A stretch of DNA of 34,776 nt from a virus (lineage: Duplodnaviria; Heunggongvirae; Uroviricota; Caudoviricetes). Shown here one piece after another: positions 1 to 11,213 of the stretch; positions within the stretch are counted from its first letter, which is position 1, and the number at the start of each line of letters is the position of its first letter. Location of the stretch: IMG/VR virus record IMGVR_UViG_3300028991_000022. The stretch is one strand, 5' to 3'. A model generated the notes under the pieces. It searched no databases and was not told the origin of the DNA. It saw nothing but the letters and a program-made list of their open reading frames with translations. A program made the position numbers and the translations under genes.

Positions 1-126
1 CGCCTGCAGATGGTCTATTTCGCGCTCCCGGTTGCTCAGCTTTTCCTGCAGGGCGTGGATCAGCGCTTCCTGTTCGGCCAGGCGCTGTTTCAGCAGGAAG
101 ATGTCGTCAGAAGAAATGTCGTTCAT
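1..126 (-). CDS. tnpC: IS66-family transposase TnpC (Orf3), N-terminal 42 codons only
   Basis: Minus-strand translation from the ATG at 124-126 reads MNDISSDDIFLLKQRLAEQEALIHALQEKLSNREREIDHLQA, the coiled-coil N-terminus typical of IS66 Orf3; truncated by the window edge. Confidence 0.7.
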   Translation of the reverse strand, partial: MNDISSDDIFLLKQRLAEQEALIHALQEKLSNREREIDHLQA

Positions 127-175
127 AAGCCCGTATTTTACCGGGCTTATTCTGTGACAACCAGGATAAAGAGAT

Positions 176-523
176 TTACAGCATGGTCAGGGAGGTCAGC
201 AGCCGCTTAGGCTGTCGCCAGTCGATACCTTCCAGCAGCATCGCCAGCTGCGCCTGCGTAAGGAACACTTTGCCATCACGGGCTGACGGCCAGGCGAAGC
301 GCCCACGCTCCAGCCGTTTGGTCAGGAGGCACAGCCCGTCACCGGTGGACCACAGCAGTTTAACCTGACTGCCGCTGCGGCCCCGGAAAATGAAAACATG
401 GCCGGACATGGGATCGTCTTTCAGCGCCGTCTGTACTTTCGCAGCCAGGCCGTTGAAGCCATTTCTCATATCGGTGATACCGGCAACCAGCCAAATTTTG
501 GTCCCGGAAGGTAACGGGATCAT
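176..523 (-). CDS. tnpB: IS66-family accessory protein TnpB (Orf2)
   Basis: 115-aa ORF (IWLVAGITDMRNGFNGLAAKVQ...LLWSTGDGLCLLTKRLERGRF) matching the conserved IS66 Orf2 pattern; start overlaps the upstream tnpA stop. Confidence 0.8.
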   Translation of the reverse strand: MIPLPSGTKIWLVAGITDMRNGFNGLAAKVQTALKDDPMSGHVFIFRGRSGSQVKLLWSTGDGLCLLTKRLERGRFAWPSARDGKVFLTQAQLAMLLEGIDWRQPKRLLTSLTML

Positions 524-921
524 CGCTTCAGTTCCTGTATCAGCAGAGTCAGGAGCTTTTCGCTGACATTGCCATTGAAGCGGAGCGTCCCGTGCCGGAA
601 CGTTACCTCACAGCTGATACTGAGGGTTTCCGGGTCCTCTGCGAGCGATTCTGGCTGTTCGGCAGCTGCATCGAGAGTCACAGGAAGTAGCTGGGGGCTC
701 TCTGAAGAAGGTAATAGCAGCTTTCCCTCGCGCCATTGTTGTCGCCATTTGAACAACAGATTGGCGTTAATGCCATTTTCAAGAGCAAGTTTTGAGATGG
801 ATATCCCGGGTTCACAGGAGGCAGCAACGAGCTGCTGTTTAAATTCGGGAGGATAATTAGGGCAGCCTTTTCGCCTGCCGGGAGTCACATTTTTCTGCCT
901 ATCTGACACTTTGGTTCCCAC
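520..921 (-). CDS. tnpA: IS66-family accessory protein TnpA (Orf1), HTH-containing
   Basis: 133-aa ORF with the HTH-like segment ISISKLALENGINANLLFKWRQQWREGKL typical of IS66 Orf1. Confidence 0.75.
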   Translation of the reverse strand: MGTKVSDRQKNVTPGRRKGCPNYPPEFKQQLVAASCEPGISISKLALENGINANLLFKWRQQWREGKLLLPSSESPQLLPVTLDAAAEQPESLAEDPETLSISCEVTFRHGTLRFNGNVSEKLLTLLIQELKR

Positions 922-1071
922 TACTTATTTGGTGGACACCACTTTGTCTAATTCGTCAGATTCTGACCAGACGGTTCAGGCTGTACGCTTACCAAATATG
1001 CACAAAAATAATCAAAATTATTTTCTGAGATGCATTATGATATGAACACCAATTTCGTATAGAGTCTCACT

Positions 1072-1662
1072 ATGTCTCGAATTTTTGCTTACTGTCGGAT
1101 ATCAACGCTGGATCAGACCACCGAAAATCAACGCCGGGAAATCGAAAGTGCAGGTTTTAAAATCAAACCTCAGCAAATAATCGAAGAACACATTAGCGGC
1201 TCAGCAGCAACCAGTGAGCGTCCTGGTTTTAACCGGTTGCTTGCTCGCCTGAAATGTGGTGATCAATTGATTGTGACAAAACTGGATCGCCTTGGTTGTA
1301 ATGCAATGGATATCAGGAAAACAGTGGAACAACTGACCGAAACAGGTATCAGAGTGCATTGCTTAGCATTGGGGGGCATTGACCTGACCAGTCCAACAGG
1401 AAAAATGATGATGCACGTAATTTCAGCAGTCGCTGAATTTGAACGAGACCTTTTACTTGAACGCACTCATTCCGGGATAGTAAGAGCCCGCGGCGCAGGG
1501 AAACGTTTTGGTCGACCACCTGTGTTAAATGAAGAACAGAAACAGGTGGTATTCGAACGAATTAAGTCAGGTGTAAGTATAAGTGCCATTGCCCGGGAAT
1601 TCAAAACCTCGCGGCAAACCATTTTAAGAGCCAAAGCAAAACTTCAGACACCTGACATATAA
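1072..1662 (+). CDS. pin: Serine-recombinase DNA invertase (Pin/Gin/Hin/Cin family)
   Basis: 196-aa ORF beginning [16 protein letters not shown] with the catalytic Ser in the resolvase/invertase N-terminal motif and a C-terminal HTH ([18 protein letters not shown]). Sits next to stf/tfa as in Rac/Qin/e14-type prophages. Confidence 0.9.
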   Translation: MSRIFAYCRISTLDQTTENQRREIESAGFKIKPQQIIEEHISGSAATSERPGFNRLLARLKCGDQLIVTKLDRLGCNAMDIRKTVEQLTETGIRVHCLALGGIDLTSPTGKMMMHVISAVAEFERDLLLERTHSGIVRARGAGKRFGRPPVLNEEQKQVVFERIKSGVSISAIAREFKTSRQTILRAKAKLQTPDI

Positions 1663-1759
1663 AAAATAATCTCGGTGTGAGATGCTTTACGTCTTCCAAG
1701 CCCCCTTCCTTGCCGTAAATGGAAAGATACATCTAATTATAGAATTTATATGTTTTACC

Positions 1760-2335
1760 CTACGGCAGTGCTGGCCATTCAATATCCTGTGCAGTTGACG
1801 TATCAACACGGTTCAGCAACACCCGATACTTTTTCCAGGCTTCCAGCAATGAGGTTTCTTCCTCCGTTGCGATTTCCAGATCTACAGCATCCTGAAGTGG
1901 CGCAATATGCTCACTGGCTACCTGCATCAGGCTGTTTTTTGTTTCTTCCGCCTCTCGGATCCGGAACAGTTTTTCTGCTTCTGCATCTTTCACCCAGGCT
2001 GTGCCGTTCCACTTCTGAAACTCCCCTTCCGGCGATAACCAGGTAACATTTTCCGGTAACGGACCGAGTTCAGAAATAAATAACGCGTCCCCTGACGCTA
2101 CGTCATAAACCGTTTTACCCCGATGGTCTTCATCGAGATGCCACGATGCCTTATCACTGTTGAAAACAGCCACAAAGCCAGCAGGAATATCTGGTGGTGC
2201 AATATCGGTACTGTTTGCTGGCAGACCTGTATGAGGCGGAATATATGCGTCACCTTCACCAATAAATTCATTAGTTCCGGCCAGCAGATTATAAATTTTT
2301 ATGGTCCGTGGTTGTTCACTCATTCTGAATGCCAT
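1760..2335 (-). CDS. tfa: Tail fiber assembly protein (Tfa)
   Basis: 191-aa ORF immediately downstream of stf; length and position match lambda-type Tfa chaperones; C-terminal EWPALP-type tail. Confidence 0.85.
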   Translation of the reverse strand: MAFRMSEQPRTIKIYNLLAGTNEFIGEGDAYIPPHTGLPANSTDIAPPDIPAGFVAVFNSDKASWHLDEDHRGKTVYDVASGDALFISELGPLPENVTWLSPEGEFQKWNGTAWVKDAEAEKLFRIREAEETKNSLMQVASEHIAPLQDAVDLEIATEEETSLLEAWKKYRVLLNRVDTSTAQDIEWPALP

Positions 2336-5300
2336 TATGCAAGCCTCACAATATAGTTAAATGCGATGTTTTTGACGGTGTTTTCCGCGTTACCAGCAGC
2401 GTTAACGGTGATGGTGTGTCCATGTGAACCAATCGCAACGGAGTGCGTATGAGCACCAATACCGACAGTATGCGCGTGTGCACCTGCAGATGCTGCTGTG
2501 CCGGACAGTGAATGGCTATGATTACCATCTGTACTGGTATTCGCTAACCACCCCGTAGACATACCTACTGAGCCTTGTACACCCCAGGTATTTTGACCTG
2601 AGCTTGTATAACCATATTGATAAGTATCTTTAAAAACACTGGGGTTAAATCGACGGCCATCTCTATGGCTGTGATTACCAGCTGCATTCGTGCTGCCACT
2701 TAAACTATGGGTATGCGCACCAGTGTTATTCGTGGATTTAGTGCCGTAATCAAACGACGATGTGGTTTTCGTCCCCAAATCCGTACTGGATGCGCTGGCG
2801 CTGTGGGTATGCGATTTAATGCCATCCTGTTCCTGAGACAATACGGCACGACCACTGGCGGGCTTGCCCTTAATCGTCCAGCCACGCAAATCAGGGATCA
2901 CGCCTGACGGATAAGCGGCAGCAAGTTTCGGGTAGGCAGATTTGTCAAAAGTCTGCCCCTGCATCAGGGCATAACCAGACGGAACGGTATCTGATGGCCA
3001 CGGGATTGGTGCGCCGACTGGGTAGCTTTCTGGTGGAAGATTTTTCGAGGTATAAACTTCTGCCCAGTCTTCCTCAAAACCATAGCCATCTCTTGAAGAA
3101 CGGTAGAACAGACCACCATTTCTGTAATGCGCCTTCATCTGCAGGGTCCGGCAACTTCCGACTCCGGTATAGAAGTTAACCAGAATATAGCTGTCGCCAG
3201 AGCGGGTGACATTGTAAGCGCCTGATTCGGCATTCCAGGGAACGCCACCATCCGCATCGGCATATGTATCCGTTGCCCTTCTGGCAAAAGCAGCCACATG
3301 CGCGGCGGTTAAAGTAATATCTTTGGAACCATCAAACTCAACACCAGAAACCAGTCTTGGCGTTTGCAGCTTTGTTGCTGTTAATGCATTACCGTTCAGA
3401 CTTGCGGACAGTTTGGTTCCAATAACCAGTTCGCCGGTTGCGTTATCAATAGCAAACGGTCTTAATGTATTCCAGCCACCATAAACATCACCTTGATTGG
3501 TAAGCAGCAGGTAAGTTTTAGCGCCATCATTACGCCATAATGCCCCATACTCCCCACCTATCATTCGAATCTGATTACCACCACGCGCTACAATTTCGTC
3601 TGTGGCAAAAAGTTTTTTGCACGACAAGTTATCGTTAACGATTAACGAATGAGACTCATAAAAACCACGCCCACTCTTAAAATCAAGGATAACGTCCGCC
3701 GCGATACATTCAGTCGCCGGATTTGTTGCCCCAAACTTATAGGTCGTATCATTAACAACGAGATCAGCACCAGGTGCGGATATTGACAGGCCATCTTCGA
3801 TAAACGCAAAAACAGGGAAAGCAGCGCCATCAACATAGAACACAGAGCGCAAATCATCGCCCTTATTACTCATCATTATTGAGTGGATGGCTCGTTCATT
3901 GTTTTGATATTGCCAGAACATTCCATAAGCATAACGCCCCCTGTCAGTCCAGCCACCAGGCATAACAAATCCGTTAAACTCGCAGTTATTCATCGGATCG
4001 CCTGCGGTTCGCGTTGCCGTGGTGATAATGACCCTTGATGCCAGTTCGCTTACTGAGCCAGCAGAACGCATAACAACAACAGGGTAATATTTTCCAGATA
4101 TTGCACCTGCAGGAGCGTTAACCCGCACATAACGCATACCACGCTTATCAGCAAAGTCTGTTTTACTGACCGCGTTAATGTTGTTCAGGAAGCGTCCCTT
4201 ATCGGGTATATCAGCGCCGTTCTGGTCTTTCTGCAGACGTTTCTCTGCATTGTCATAGGCTGATTTTACTGCCTTTGGCGTTGCCGCCAGCGTTTCAGAC
4301 GAACTGTTGGTCGCACTGCTGAGCTGTACTATCCCCTTTTTCGTCGTACTTGCATCCTCAAGCGCCACGGCGGATGCAATATCCTCTGCCCGTTTAGCTG
4401 CTGTCTCGGCGCGCGTTGCTGCGGATTCTGCCGTATTCTTGCTCTGTGCTGCCGCCGTCGCACTGCCAGCAGCCTCTGTTGCCTTCGTGGATGCCGTCGT
4501 GGCGCTGCCTTTCGCTGCTGATGCCTGTCTGGTCGCCTCATCTTTTGAAGCAGACGCCGATGAGGCCGATGACGCCGCCGAACTGGCGGACGATGCGGCA
4601 GCCGTTTTTGAGGATTCTGCGCTGGTTTCCGACGCTTTCGCGTTCGTTTCGGATGTCTTCGCTGCGGAAGCTGACCTCGCTGCTGCGTTGGCCTGTTCAG
4701 TGGCTTCGCCAGCCTTCGTTGTGGCTGTTGAAGCAGACGATGCGGCACTTTCTGCCGATTTTCCGGCGGCGGTGGCACTGGCTGAGGCCTGCCCGGCACT
4801 TGTTGACGCGGTACTGGCAGACGACGCAGCCGCTGTTTTTGAGCCTGCCGCAGCTGAGGCGCTCTGTCCCGCTGCCGTCTCAGAAGACCTGGCGTTCGCC
4901 TCGGACGTTTTTGCCGCCTTCGCGGAATTTCCTGCCGCCGTTGCCGAGGAAGCGGCACTACTGGCGCTCGAGGATGCGTTCGTTTCTGATGATTTCGCTG
5001 CCTCTTTTGAGGCCGCCGCATCCCGGGCTGAGGTGGCAGCTTCTGACGCTTTCGTGGTCGCGGTGGATGCAGAAGTGGCTGCTGATTGTTGTGACGCTGC
5101 GGCATTCGTTTCTGACGTTTTCGCCGCACCGGCACTGGTAGCCGCCGCGCTTTTTGAGGACTCTGCTGCGGCAGCACTTTTTGATGCTTCAGTAGCCTTT
5201 GTTGATGCCGTTCCTGCGCTGGAAGACGCTGACTGAGCCGACGTCGCGGCCTGCCCGGCTGATGTGCTGGCTGCACGTGCTGAGCCTGCAGCATCAGTCG

Positions 5301-5733
5301 CATGGGTTGCCGCCTCACGGGCTGATGTGCCGGCATCGCTGGCTGACTTCTTCGCGGCTGCCGTGTTCTGTGCCACCGCGGACGCGTTACGCGCCACCTC
5401 TTCCACCATCAGCTCAAAACGGCGCAGTGCCTCCGGACGGGCATCATCCTCCGTCATGGCACCGAGAAAATCATTCAGCGTACCGGGTCGGGAATCTTCA
5501 TACACGGTGATGGTCCCGGCATGTGACGGCGGGAATCCTTCCACCAACAGAATAACGCTGTACTGACCGTACTCAACGTCCATGCTGTAACGCCCGGCTT
5601 CATCCGGATTTTCTGAGGCCAGCGTGTTCACCACCACCGTGGTGCTGTTACGTTTTGCTTTCAGCTGGATTGTGCAGTTCTGTACCGGTTTTCCTGTGCC
5701 GTCTTTCAGTACACCTGAAATCTTTACTGCCAT
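2335..5733 (-). CDS. stf: Side tail fiber protein (Stf-like)
   Basis: About 1130-aa ORF; likely ATG at 5731-5733 preceded by GGGGTG. N-terminus [17 protein letters not shown] is lambda Stf-like; long Ala/Ser/Thr-rich repeat region; His-rich C-terminal motifs ([38 protein letters not shown]) as in T4 gp37-type fiber tips. Confidence 0.9.
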   Translation of the reverse strand: MAVKISGVLKDGTGKPVQNCTIQLKAKRNSTTVVVNTLASENPDEAGRYSMDVEYGQYSVILLVEGFPPSHAGTITVYEDSRPGTLNDFLGAMTEDDARPEALRRFELMVEEVARNASAVAQNTAAAKKSASDAGTSAREAATHATDAAGSARAASTSAGQAATSAQSASSSAGTASTKATEASKSAAAAESSKSAAATSAGAAKTSETNAAASQQSAATSASTATTKASEAATSARDAAASKEAAKSSETNASSSASSAASSATAAGNSAKAAKTSEANARSSETAAGQSASAAAGSKTAAASSASTASTSAGQASASATAAGKSAESAASSASTATTKAGEATEQANAAARSASAAKTSETNAKASETSAESSKTAAASSASSAASSASSASASKDEATRQASAAKGSATTASTKATEAAGSATAAAQSKNTAESAATRAETAAKRAEDIASAVALEDASTTKKGIVQLSSATNSSSETLAATPKAVKSAYDNAEKRLQKDQNGADIPDKGRFLNNINAVSKTDFADKRGMRYVRVNAPAGAISGKYYPVVVMRSAGSVSELASRVIITTATRTAGDPMNNCEFNGFVMPGGWTDRGRYAYGMFWQYQNNERAIHSIMMSNKGDDLRSVFYVDGAAFPVFAFIEDGLSISAPGADLVVNDTTYKFGATNPATECIAADVILDFKSGRGFYESHSLIVNDNLSCKKLFATDEIVARGGNQIRMIGGEYGALWRNDGAKTYLLLTNQGDVYGGWNTLRPFAIDNATGELVIGTKLSASLNGNALTATKLQTPRLVSGVEFDGSKDITLTAAHVAAFARRATDTYADADGGVPWNAESGAYNVTRSGDSYILVNFYTGVGSCRTLQMKAHYRNGGLFYRSSRDGYGFEEDWAEVYTSKNLPPESYPVGAPIPWPSDTVPSGYALMQGQTFDKSAYPKLAAAYPSGVIPDLRGWTIKGKPASGRAVLSQEQDGIKSHTHSASASSTDLGTKTTSSFDYGTKSTNNTGAHTHSLSGSTNAAGNHSHRDGRRFNPSVFKDTYQYGYTSSGQNTWGVQGSVGMSTGWLANTSTDGNHSHSLSGTAASAGAHAHTVGIGAHTHSVAIGSHGHTITVNAAGNAENTVKNIAFNYIVRLA

Positions 5734-5744
5734 ATTCACCCCAC

Positions 5745-5770
5745 AAAAAAGCCCGCCTGAACCGGCGGGC
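5745..5770 (-). terminator. Rho-independent terminator downstream of lom
   Basis: Minus strand reads GCCCGCC-GGTTCA-GGCGGGC followed by TTTTTTG; 7-bp GC stem with a U-tract. Confidence 0.6.
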
Positions 5771-5797
5771 TGTCATAACACTGTGTTACCTGGCTAA

Positions 5798-6397
5798 TCA
5801 GAACTTATAACCGACACCCACGATGAAACCGTCAGCGCGCCAGTCGCCACTGCCGGAGCCTTCATAAGCAATATCAATGGCCACGGATTCGGTCGGGTTA
5901 AACTGCACGCCAGCTCCCCACGCCAGAGACGTGTTGCTGTGGCGACCGTCATCACTTCCGGTCAGCACGTCGTGCGTTTTCCCCTTGTTGTCAGTTACGC
6001 GGAGATAATCCCCGGAGAAAGTCGACACACGGCTGTAAGCCATACCCGCCATCGCATACGCGCTGAACCATTCATTCACGCGCACAGACGGCCCCGCCAT
6101 CACGCTGAACCAGCGGTTACGCACGGAATCTTCATGCCAGCGGGTATCGCTGTAACGGGTAAGCTGGCGATTCTTGTCTCCTGCATAGCTGAATGACGTC
6201 ACCAGCCCCAGTGTGTCCGTAAACTCATAACGGTATTTCACGTTAATCCCGTTAAGATCATCGCTGCCGAGAACGTTCGTCGAGGCATGAAGATAGCCCG
6301 CGCTCAGCGTGGACTGATGTTCAGATGCCCATGCAGGCGCACCGGATACGGACAGACAGATGGCTGCGGACAAAATGGCTGCACAAACTTTACGCAT
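5798..6397 (-). CDS. lom: Lom/Ail family outer-membrane protein
   Basis: 199-aa ORF with an N-terminal signal peptide ([24 protein letters not shown]) and a C-terminal ...GVGYKF beta-barrel terminus; sits between J and stf as in lambda. Confidence 0.85.
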
Positions 6398-6464
6398 AAT
6401 TACCTCTCGCTTTTCTGCAATAAAAAAGGCGCCATTTCTGGCGCCCGTATATGGGTTATAAAAT

Positions 6465-9400
6465 TCAGCTGATACTGATGCCTGCGGTGGCTTTCTTCAT
6501 CACCACAACCAGCAAATCGCTGATACTTGCTGTGGGATACCAGTCATTTACCAGCCATGCTGACACCGAAAACTCCAGCGTCATGTGACCGTGACCGGCA
6601 GGCATATCAATAACGCCACTGTAAATCAGCGTATTATCCAGCGCGGTACGGTTATAAATTTCAGCACCGTTTTTCCGCACTATCAGACGGCATGAGGAGT
6701 AAATATCAGTATGCTCTCTCTCATGTTTAGCGCCGCTGAATGCCACCGCAGGAATAACAATCTGCCGGTCAAACGGCTGATCGTCATAAACCCTGACGGT
6801 AATGGTCCCTGATGGCCACCGTTCCGGTGCACGGGAGTCCCGGGGGAAAGCTTTGCCCACTGTTTTAACGAGATCGCCTTCAATCTGGTTCGCGGACAGT
6901 TTTCCCAGAACCCGACAGTTCTCGTTAATCGTGACGTTGTTGAGCGTCCCGGAGTTCGCATTCACGTTACCGCTGATATCGGCATTTTTCGCCGTCAGCC
7001 GCCCATCCGGTGTCAGGGAAAATGCCGGAGGATTACCGCCGCTGGTAATGGTCGGAGCCGTCAGGCGTTTCAGGAACACGTCGTTCATGAATATCTGATC
7101 GCCCTGACCAACAAACATTGGTCTTGTGTTGCCATTAGACGGATCAATAAACGCGATACGGTTAGCGGCAACCAGGAACTGGCTCAGTTTGCCTTCCTCC
7201 GTGTCCTCCATGCTGAGGCCAATACCCGCGACATAATGTTTGCCGTCTCTGGTCTGCTCAATTTTGACGCCCCACATGGCATTCCACTTATCACTGGCGT
7301 CCTTCCACTCTTTCGAAAACTCCTCCAGTTTGCTGGCGTGATCCTCCGTCAGCTCGACTTTTTCCAGCAGCTCCTTGCCAAGATGGGATTCGGTTATCTG
7401 GCCTTTGAAAAAATCCAGGTAACCTTCCGCATCATCGCTCGCCCGACCAACAGCCTCCACGAATGCCGATTTGCCAACGGTGTTCACACTGCGAACGTAA
7501 AAATAATAATCATGGCCCGGCCTGATATTGATACTGGCAGCTATCCAGTACAGCGCCGTGCCAAGATAGCGGGCTGTGGTTTCAACCTGCCTGATATCCG
7601 CAATCCGTTTTTCCGAGAACCAGAACTCAAACTGTACCGTCGGGTCATAAACCGCAAGATGTGGCGTGGCGGTTATCTGAAAATAGCCCGGTGTCAGCTC
7701 AATCCGAGACGGCGCTGCCGGTGCGGCAATCCGGAACGATACCGATGCCGGATCGCCCTGCAGCCCCCACGCATTTACCGCCCGGACCGTCAGCATGTAA
7801 CGCCCCAGCGCCAGTTGCGTGAAGCGGTATGTGGTTTCCGTCGTCCGGGCCGTGCTGACCAGCCGCTCACTGCCGTCATCCGCTGCCACGGTCAGGCGAA
7901 GCAGGAAGCTCACGCCCTTCACCACTTTCGGCGTGTCCCAGCGGGCCAGCACCTGATATTCCCCGCTGTCTGCGGTGACTTCGGCAGTCAGGTGCTGCAC
8001 CGCTGGCGGCGTGACACCATTCACCGTGCCGCTCTGGTCGCCGTCAAAGTGCGCCCCGTTATCCACGATGGCCTCTTTCTCCGGTACATGCTGCACGGCA
8101 GTGATGGCATACGTGCCGTCGTCGTTCTCACGGATACTCACGCAGCGGAACAGGCGCTGGCGCAACGTCGGCAACTTCAGCCCCCACACGCTGTATTCAG
8201 CAACGCCGTCAGGAACACGGCTCACTTTCACCTTCACGCCGTCGGTGACGGACTGGACCTCCACGCTGACCGGATTACCCTCACCGTCAACCAGGCTTAT
8301 CAGCGTGGTGCCGGAGGATGGCAGCGTGATTTCACGGTCGAGCGTCAGCGTCCGGGTCTGGCTGTTCACCGCCAGCACGCGACCACCGATGCTGATACCG
8401 GCATAGTCATCATCGCAGATTTCAATAACATCGCCCGGCACATGGCGAAGCCCTTCTGCGCCCACGCTGAAATCCACGGTCTGCGTTTCCAGCAGTTCCG
8501 TTTTAATCAGCCACAGCCCGGCTCGGTGTGCCTGCCCCCGACTGGTACAGCCAAAGGCATCCATCTTCGTGACATTACGACCGTAACGGGCAATGGCCTG
8601 CGTATCTTCAACAAGCTCTGTCGCCGTCTCCCAGCCGTTGTTCGGGTCAATCCAGTTCACCTCAACGGCATTATGGCGGTCCTTCAGGGCGCTGAAGCTG
8701 TAGCGGAACGGCGCGCCATCATCCGGCATCACCACATTACTGCGGTTATAGGTCCACACCTTATCCGACTGTCGGTCCTGCACGAACGTCAGCGTCTGCC
8801 CGTTCCATACCGGCATACAGCGCATCGCCGAGCAGAAATCACTGAGCACATCCCACGCCTTGCGCTGTGTGGTCAGGTAAGCGTTACAGGTGATGCGCGG
8901 CTCCGTGCCGCCAAAGCCGTCCGGCACCGACTGGTCGCAATTCTGGCCGATGACATACAGCGCCCATTTATCCACATCCGCCGCACCAAGACGTTTCCCC
9001 ATGCCGTAGCGCGGATGGGTCAGCATATCCCACAGACACCAGGCCATGTTGTTGCTGTATGCCGGTTTTAACGTTCCGTCCCAGATACCGCTGTATTGCC
9101 GCGTCTGCGGGTTATAGTTCGACGGCACCTGCAGAATGCGCCCGCGAAGATGATAATTACGGCTCACCTGCTGGCTGCCGAACTGCTCCGAGTCCACCTG
9201 CACGCCAACCAGTGCCGTGTTCGGGTAGCACTGTTTCACATCGATGATTTCGGTGTATGACGACCAGAGCGTTTTGTTCTGCAGCTGGTCTGTGGTGCTG
9301 TCCGGCGTCATCCTGCGCATCCGGATATTAAACGGGCGCGGCGGCAGGTTATCCACCACCACCGAGGCCAGATACTGCGAGGTGGTTTTGCCCTTAATGG

Positions 9401-9860
9401 TGATGTCTTTTTCCGTCACCCAGCCACCGTTACGCTGTATCTGAACCAGCAGGCGGACTTCCGATGGATTCCTGTCCCCCTTTGAGGTGGTTTCCACCAG
9501 TGCCTGCACACCGAAGGTAAAGCGCAGACGGTCGATGTTTGCCGACGTGATGGTGCGGGTGATCGGCGTGTCATATTTCACTTCCGTACCCAGCACCGTC
9601 TCGGAGCCGGAGGATTCAAATCCCTCCGGCGGTGTCTGCTCCTGCTCACCTGCCCGGAACACCACCGTGACGCCGGAGATGTTGGTATTCCCCTCAGTGT
9701 CCAGCACTGGCGTACTGTTCAGCAGCACGCTTTTTAATCCATCCACCGGACCTTCAATCGGCCCTTCGCTGATGGCATCGATCACACTCAGCAACTGCGT
9801 GGACTTCAGGTTGTCCTTCGCTTCGCGCGGAGTATGCCCCTTACTGCTGCCTTTACCCAT
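6465..9860 (-). CDS. J: Tail tip / host specificity protein J
   Basis: From the internal ATG at 9858-9860 the protein starts [37 protein letters not shown], which matches lambda gpJ as I recall it; 1131 aa versus 1132 in lambda. Confidence 0.9.
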   Translation of the reverse strand: MGKGSSKGHTPREAKDNLKSTQLLSVIDAISEGPIEGPVDGLKSVLLNSTPVLDTEGNTNISGVTVVFRAGEQEQTPPEGFESSGSETVLGTEVKYDTPITRTITSANIDRLRFTFGVQALVETTSKGDRNPSEVRLLVQIQRNGGWVTEKDITIKGKTTSQYLASVVVDNLPPRPFNIRMRRMTPDSTTDQLQNKTLWSSYTEIIDVKQCYPNTALVGVQVDSEQFGSQQVSRNYHLRGRILQVPSNYNPQTRQYSGIWDGTLKPAYSNNMAWCLWDMLTHPRYGMGKRLGAADVDKWALYVIGQNCDQSVPDGFGGTEPRITCNAYLTTQRKAWDVLSDFCSAMRCMPVWNGQTLTFVQDRQSDKVWTYNRSNVVMPDDGAPFRYSFSALKDRHNAVEVNWIDPNNGWETATELVEDTQAIARYGRNVTKMDAFGCTSRGQAHRAGLWLIKTELLETQTVDFSVGAEGLRHVPGDVIEICDDDYAGISIGGRVLAVNSQTRTLTLDREITLPSSGTTLISLVDGEGNPVSVEVQSVTDGVKVKVSRVPDGVAEYSVWGLKLPTLRQRLFRCVSIRENDDGTYAITAVQHVPEKEAIVDNGAHFDGDQSGTVNGVTPPAVQHLTAEVTADSGEYQVLARWDTPKVVKGVSFLLRLTVAADDGSERLVSTARTTETTYRFTQLALGRYMLTVRAVNAWGLQGDPASVSFRIAAPAAPSRIELTPGYFQITATPHLAVYDPTVQFEFWFSEKRIADIRQVETTARYLGTALYWIAASINIRPGHDYYFYVRSVNTVGKSAFVEAVGRASDDAEGYLDFFKGQITESHLGKELLEKVELTEDHASKLEEFSKEWKDASDKWNAMWGVKIEQTRDGKHYVAGIGLSMEDTEEGKLSQFLVAANRIAFIDPSNGNTRPMFVGQGDQIFMNDVFLKRLTAPTITSGGNPPAFSLTPDGRLTAKNADISGNVNANSGTLNNVTINENCRVLGKLSANQIEGDLVKTVGKAFPRDSRAPERWPSGTITVRVYDDQPFDRQIVIPAVAFSGAKHEREHTDIYSSCRLIVRKNGAEIYNRTALDNTLIYSGVIDMPAGHGHMTLEFSVSAWLVNDWYPTASISDLLVVVMKKATAGISIS

Positions 9861-9920
9861 TCCTAACGCTCCATAAACGACAAAACCGCCCGGAGGCGGT
9901 TTCACATAAAACGTTTTTCA

Positions 9921-10568
9921 TCAGCGACCAATCACTACAACCTGACCACCATCCCCTTCGTCTGCCGTGCTGATCTCCTGAGAGACCACCCGCGACCCCA
10001 CGCGCATTTCACCGTACAGAACGGGCAGAACATTGCCCTGGGCAACCATGTTATCCAGTGAGGAGAAATAGGTGTTCTGTTTGCCGTTATCTGTACTTGC
10101 TGCCGTGGGCGTCCTGGCTTTCGGTGCCAGCATCTGCGCCACTCCGCCCAGGATCATACTGGCCCCTGCCGCATACATGCCCGATACAGCCGCGGCACCC
10201 AGCCAGCCCACAGGGTTCCACCATGCCACCGCAATCAGCGCCGCCCCCAGCACCACCTGAAACACACCGCCACTTTTAGCTCCCGCCAGACGCGGCACGA
10301 TGTGGATCACGGCACCATTTGCCAGCGGCTCATTAAGACGGGCAGACAATTCGGTTTCACCTGCATCACGCCCGGCAATGCGTACCTGGTACCAGCCGTC
10401 GCTCAGTTTCTGACGAAACGCCGGGATCTGCATGGCCAGCGCCCGGATGGCTTCATACCCCGTTTTCACTCGAAGGTCGATGCGGCGGCCAAATCGTTGT
10501 AAATCCCCGTAAAGGCAGATGCGTGCCATGCCCGGTGACGCCAGAGGGAGTGTGTGCGTCGCTGCCAT
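9921..10568 (-). CDS. I: Tail assembly protein I
   Basis: 215-aa ORF MAATHTLPLASPGMARICLYGDLQRFGRRIDLRVKTG...GDGGQVVVIGR, lambda gpI-like; overlaps the 3' end of K by about 100 nt as in lambda. Exact start uncertain. Confidence 0.85.
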   Translation of the reverse strand: MAATHTLPLASPGMARICLYGDLQRFGRRIDLRVKTGYEAIRALAMQIPAFRQKLSDGWYQVRIAGRDAGETELSARLNEPLANGAVIHIVPRLAGAKSGGVFQVVLGAALIAVAWWNPVGWLGAAAVSGMYAAGASMILGGVAQMLAPKARTPTAASTDNGKQNTYFSSLDNMVAQGNVLPVLYGEMRVGSRVVSQEISTADEGDGGQVVVIGR

Positions 10569-11209
10569 TTGTCGGTATACCTCTCTCGTTTACTCAGTTG
10601 TTCAGGAATATGGTGCAGCAGCTCACCGTCGCCGCAGTAAATGGCGGCATGATTCGGCACCGATGAACCAAAACAGCACAGCAGCACATCGCCCGGTTGT
10701 GCTGATGACAACGCCACCTGATACAGCCCTGTGGCCTCCAGATTATCCAGATAGAGATTCTGACCGTTACGCCACCAGTCATCCCCGCGATGAAAATCCG
10801 GCATCTCAATCCCCGCCAGATGATAAGCATCCCGGAACAGCGTGTAACAGTCCGTCACCCCGTGCTCAAAGCGCCGCCCGGTGAGATGCGGCACACAGCG
10901 GAACTTGTGAATCGCCCCCCGGCAGACCAGCCACCACGGCAAATCACTCTGCACCTGCAGCCGCCGGTCAGCCTCACTCAGCCAGGGCAGACCACCGGGA
11001 TGACTGTGGACCAGTGCCACAATCTCACCCTGCATCTCTGCCTGCAGCCAGTCCTCCGGAGCCATCCGGAAATAATCCTCCGGCTCACCGGAAATATTCA
11101 CGCAGGGAAAATATCTTTCCCCCTCCGGCGCTCTCACCACGAAGCCGCACGACTCCGCTGGCGCACATCGCCGGGCGTGCGCCAGAATCGCTGATTCTGT
11201 CTCTGTCAT
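10466..11209 (-). CDS. K: Tail assembly protein K (JAMM/MPN plus NlpC/P60 domains)
   Basis: Start taken at ATG 11207-11209 (MTETESAIL...); JAMM motif HSHPGGLPWLSEAD (HxHx7Sx2D) and an NlpC/P60-like Cys/His region (DCYTLF...). The longer ORF start at 11251 would overlap L. Confidence 0.85.
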   Translation of the reverse strand: MTETESAILAHARRCAPAESCGFVVRAPEGERYFPCVNISGEPEDYFRMAPEDWLQAEMQGEIVALVHSHPGGLPWLSEADRRLQVQSDLPWWLVCRGAIHKFRCVPHLTGRRFEHGVTDCYTLFRDAYHLAGIEMPDFHRGDDWWRNGQNLYLDNLEATGLYQVALSSAQPGDVLLCCFGSSVPNHAAIYCGDGELLHHIPEQLSKRERYTDKWQRRTHSLWRHRAWHASAFTGIYNDLAAASTFE

Positions 11210-11213
11210 GGGA

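Larger units (their letters stand above)
1..992 (-). mobile_element. IS66-family insertion sequence (ISEc8-like), partial; runs off the window start
   Basis: Three consecutive minus-strand ORFs in IS66 order tnpA-tnpB-tnpC with the tnpA stop overlapping the tnpB start (520-523). Element end inferred near 992, where the minus strand reads GTAAGCGTACAGCC (IS66-like terminal repeat). Boundary approximate. Confidence 0.75.

Noticed and set aside
10-210. 66-aa plus-strand ORF at the window start
   Set aside because: The opposite strand here encodes the well-formed N-terminus of the IS66 TnpC transposase, so the plus-strand ORF is spurious.
1020-1690. Possible Pin recombination sites: 8-bp TGAGATGC present on both sides of pin, and an inverted repeat ATCTC-GGTGT-GAGAT just after the pin stop
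   Set aside because: An 8-bp match between two roughly 90-bp regions is within chance expectation, and the repeats are direct, not inverted. Neither resembles the gix/hix-type AAACC half-site pattern, and no second site is evident within stf.
4307-5336. Long ORFs on both strands inside stf (309 aa plus strand, 335 aa and 241 aa alternative frames)
   Set aside because: They lie within the GC-rich Ala/Ser/Thr repeat-coding region of stf, where the codon repeats keep several frames open; the translations are low-complexity (poly-Ala, or Arg/Pro/Gln-rich) and lack starts with ribosome-binding sites.
7236-9071. 611-aa plus-strand ORF antisense to J
   Set aside because: Antisense to a gene whose protein matches lambda J; its translation is Arg/His-rich with no domain-like features, so it is a GC-content artefact.
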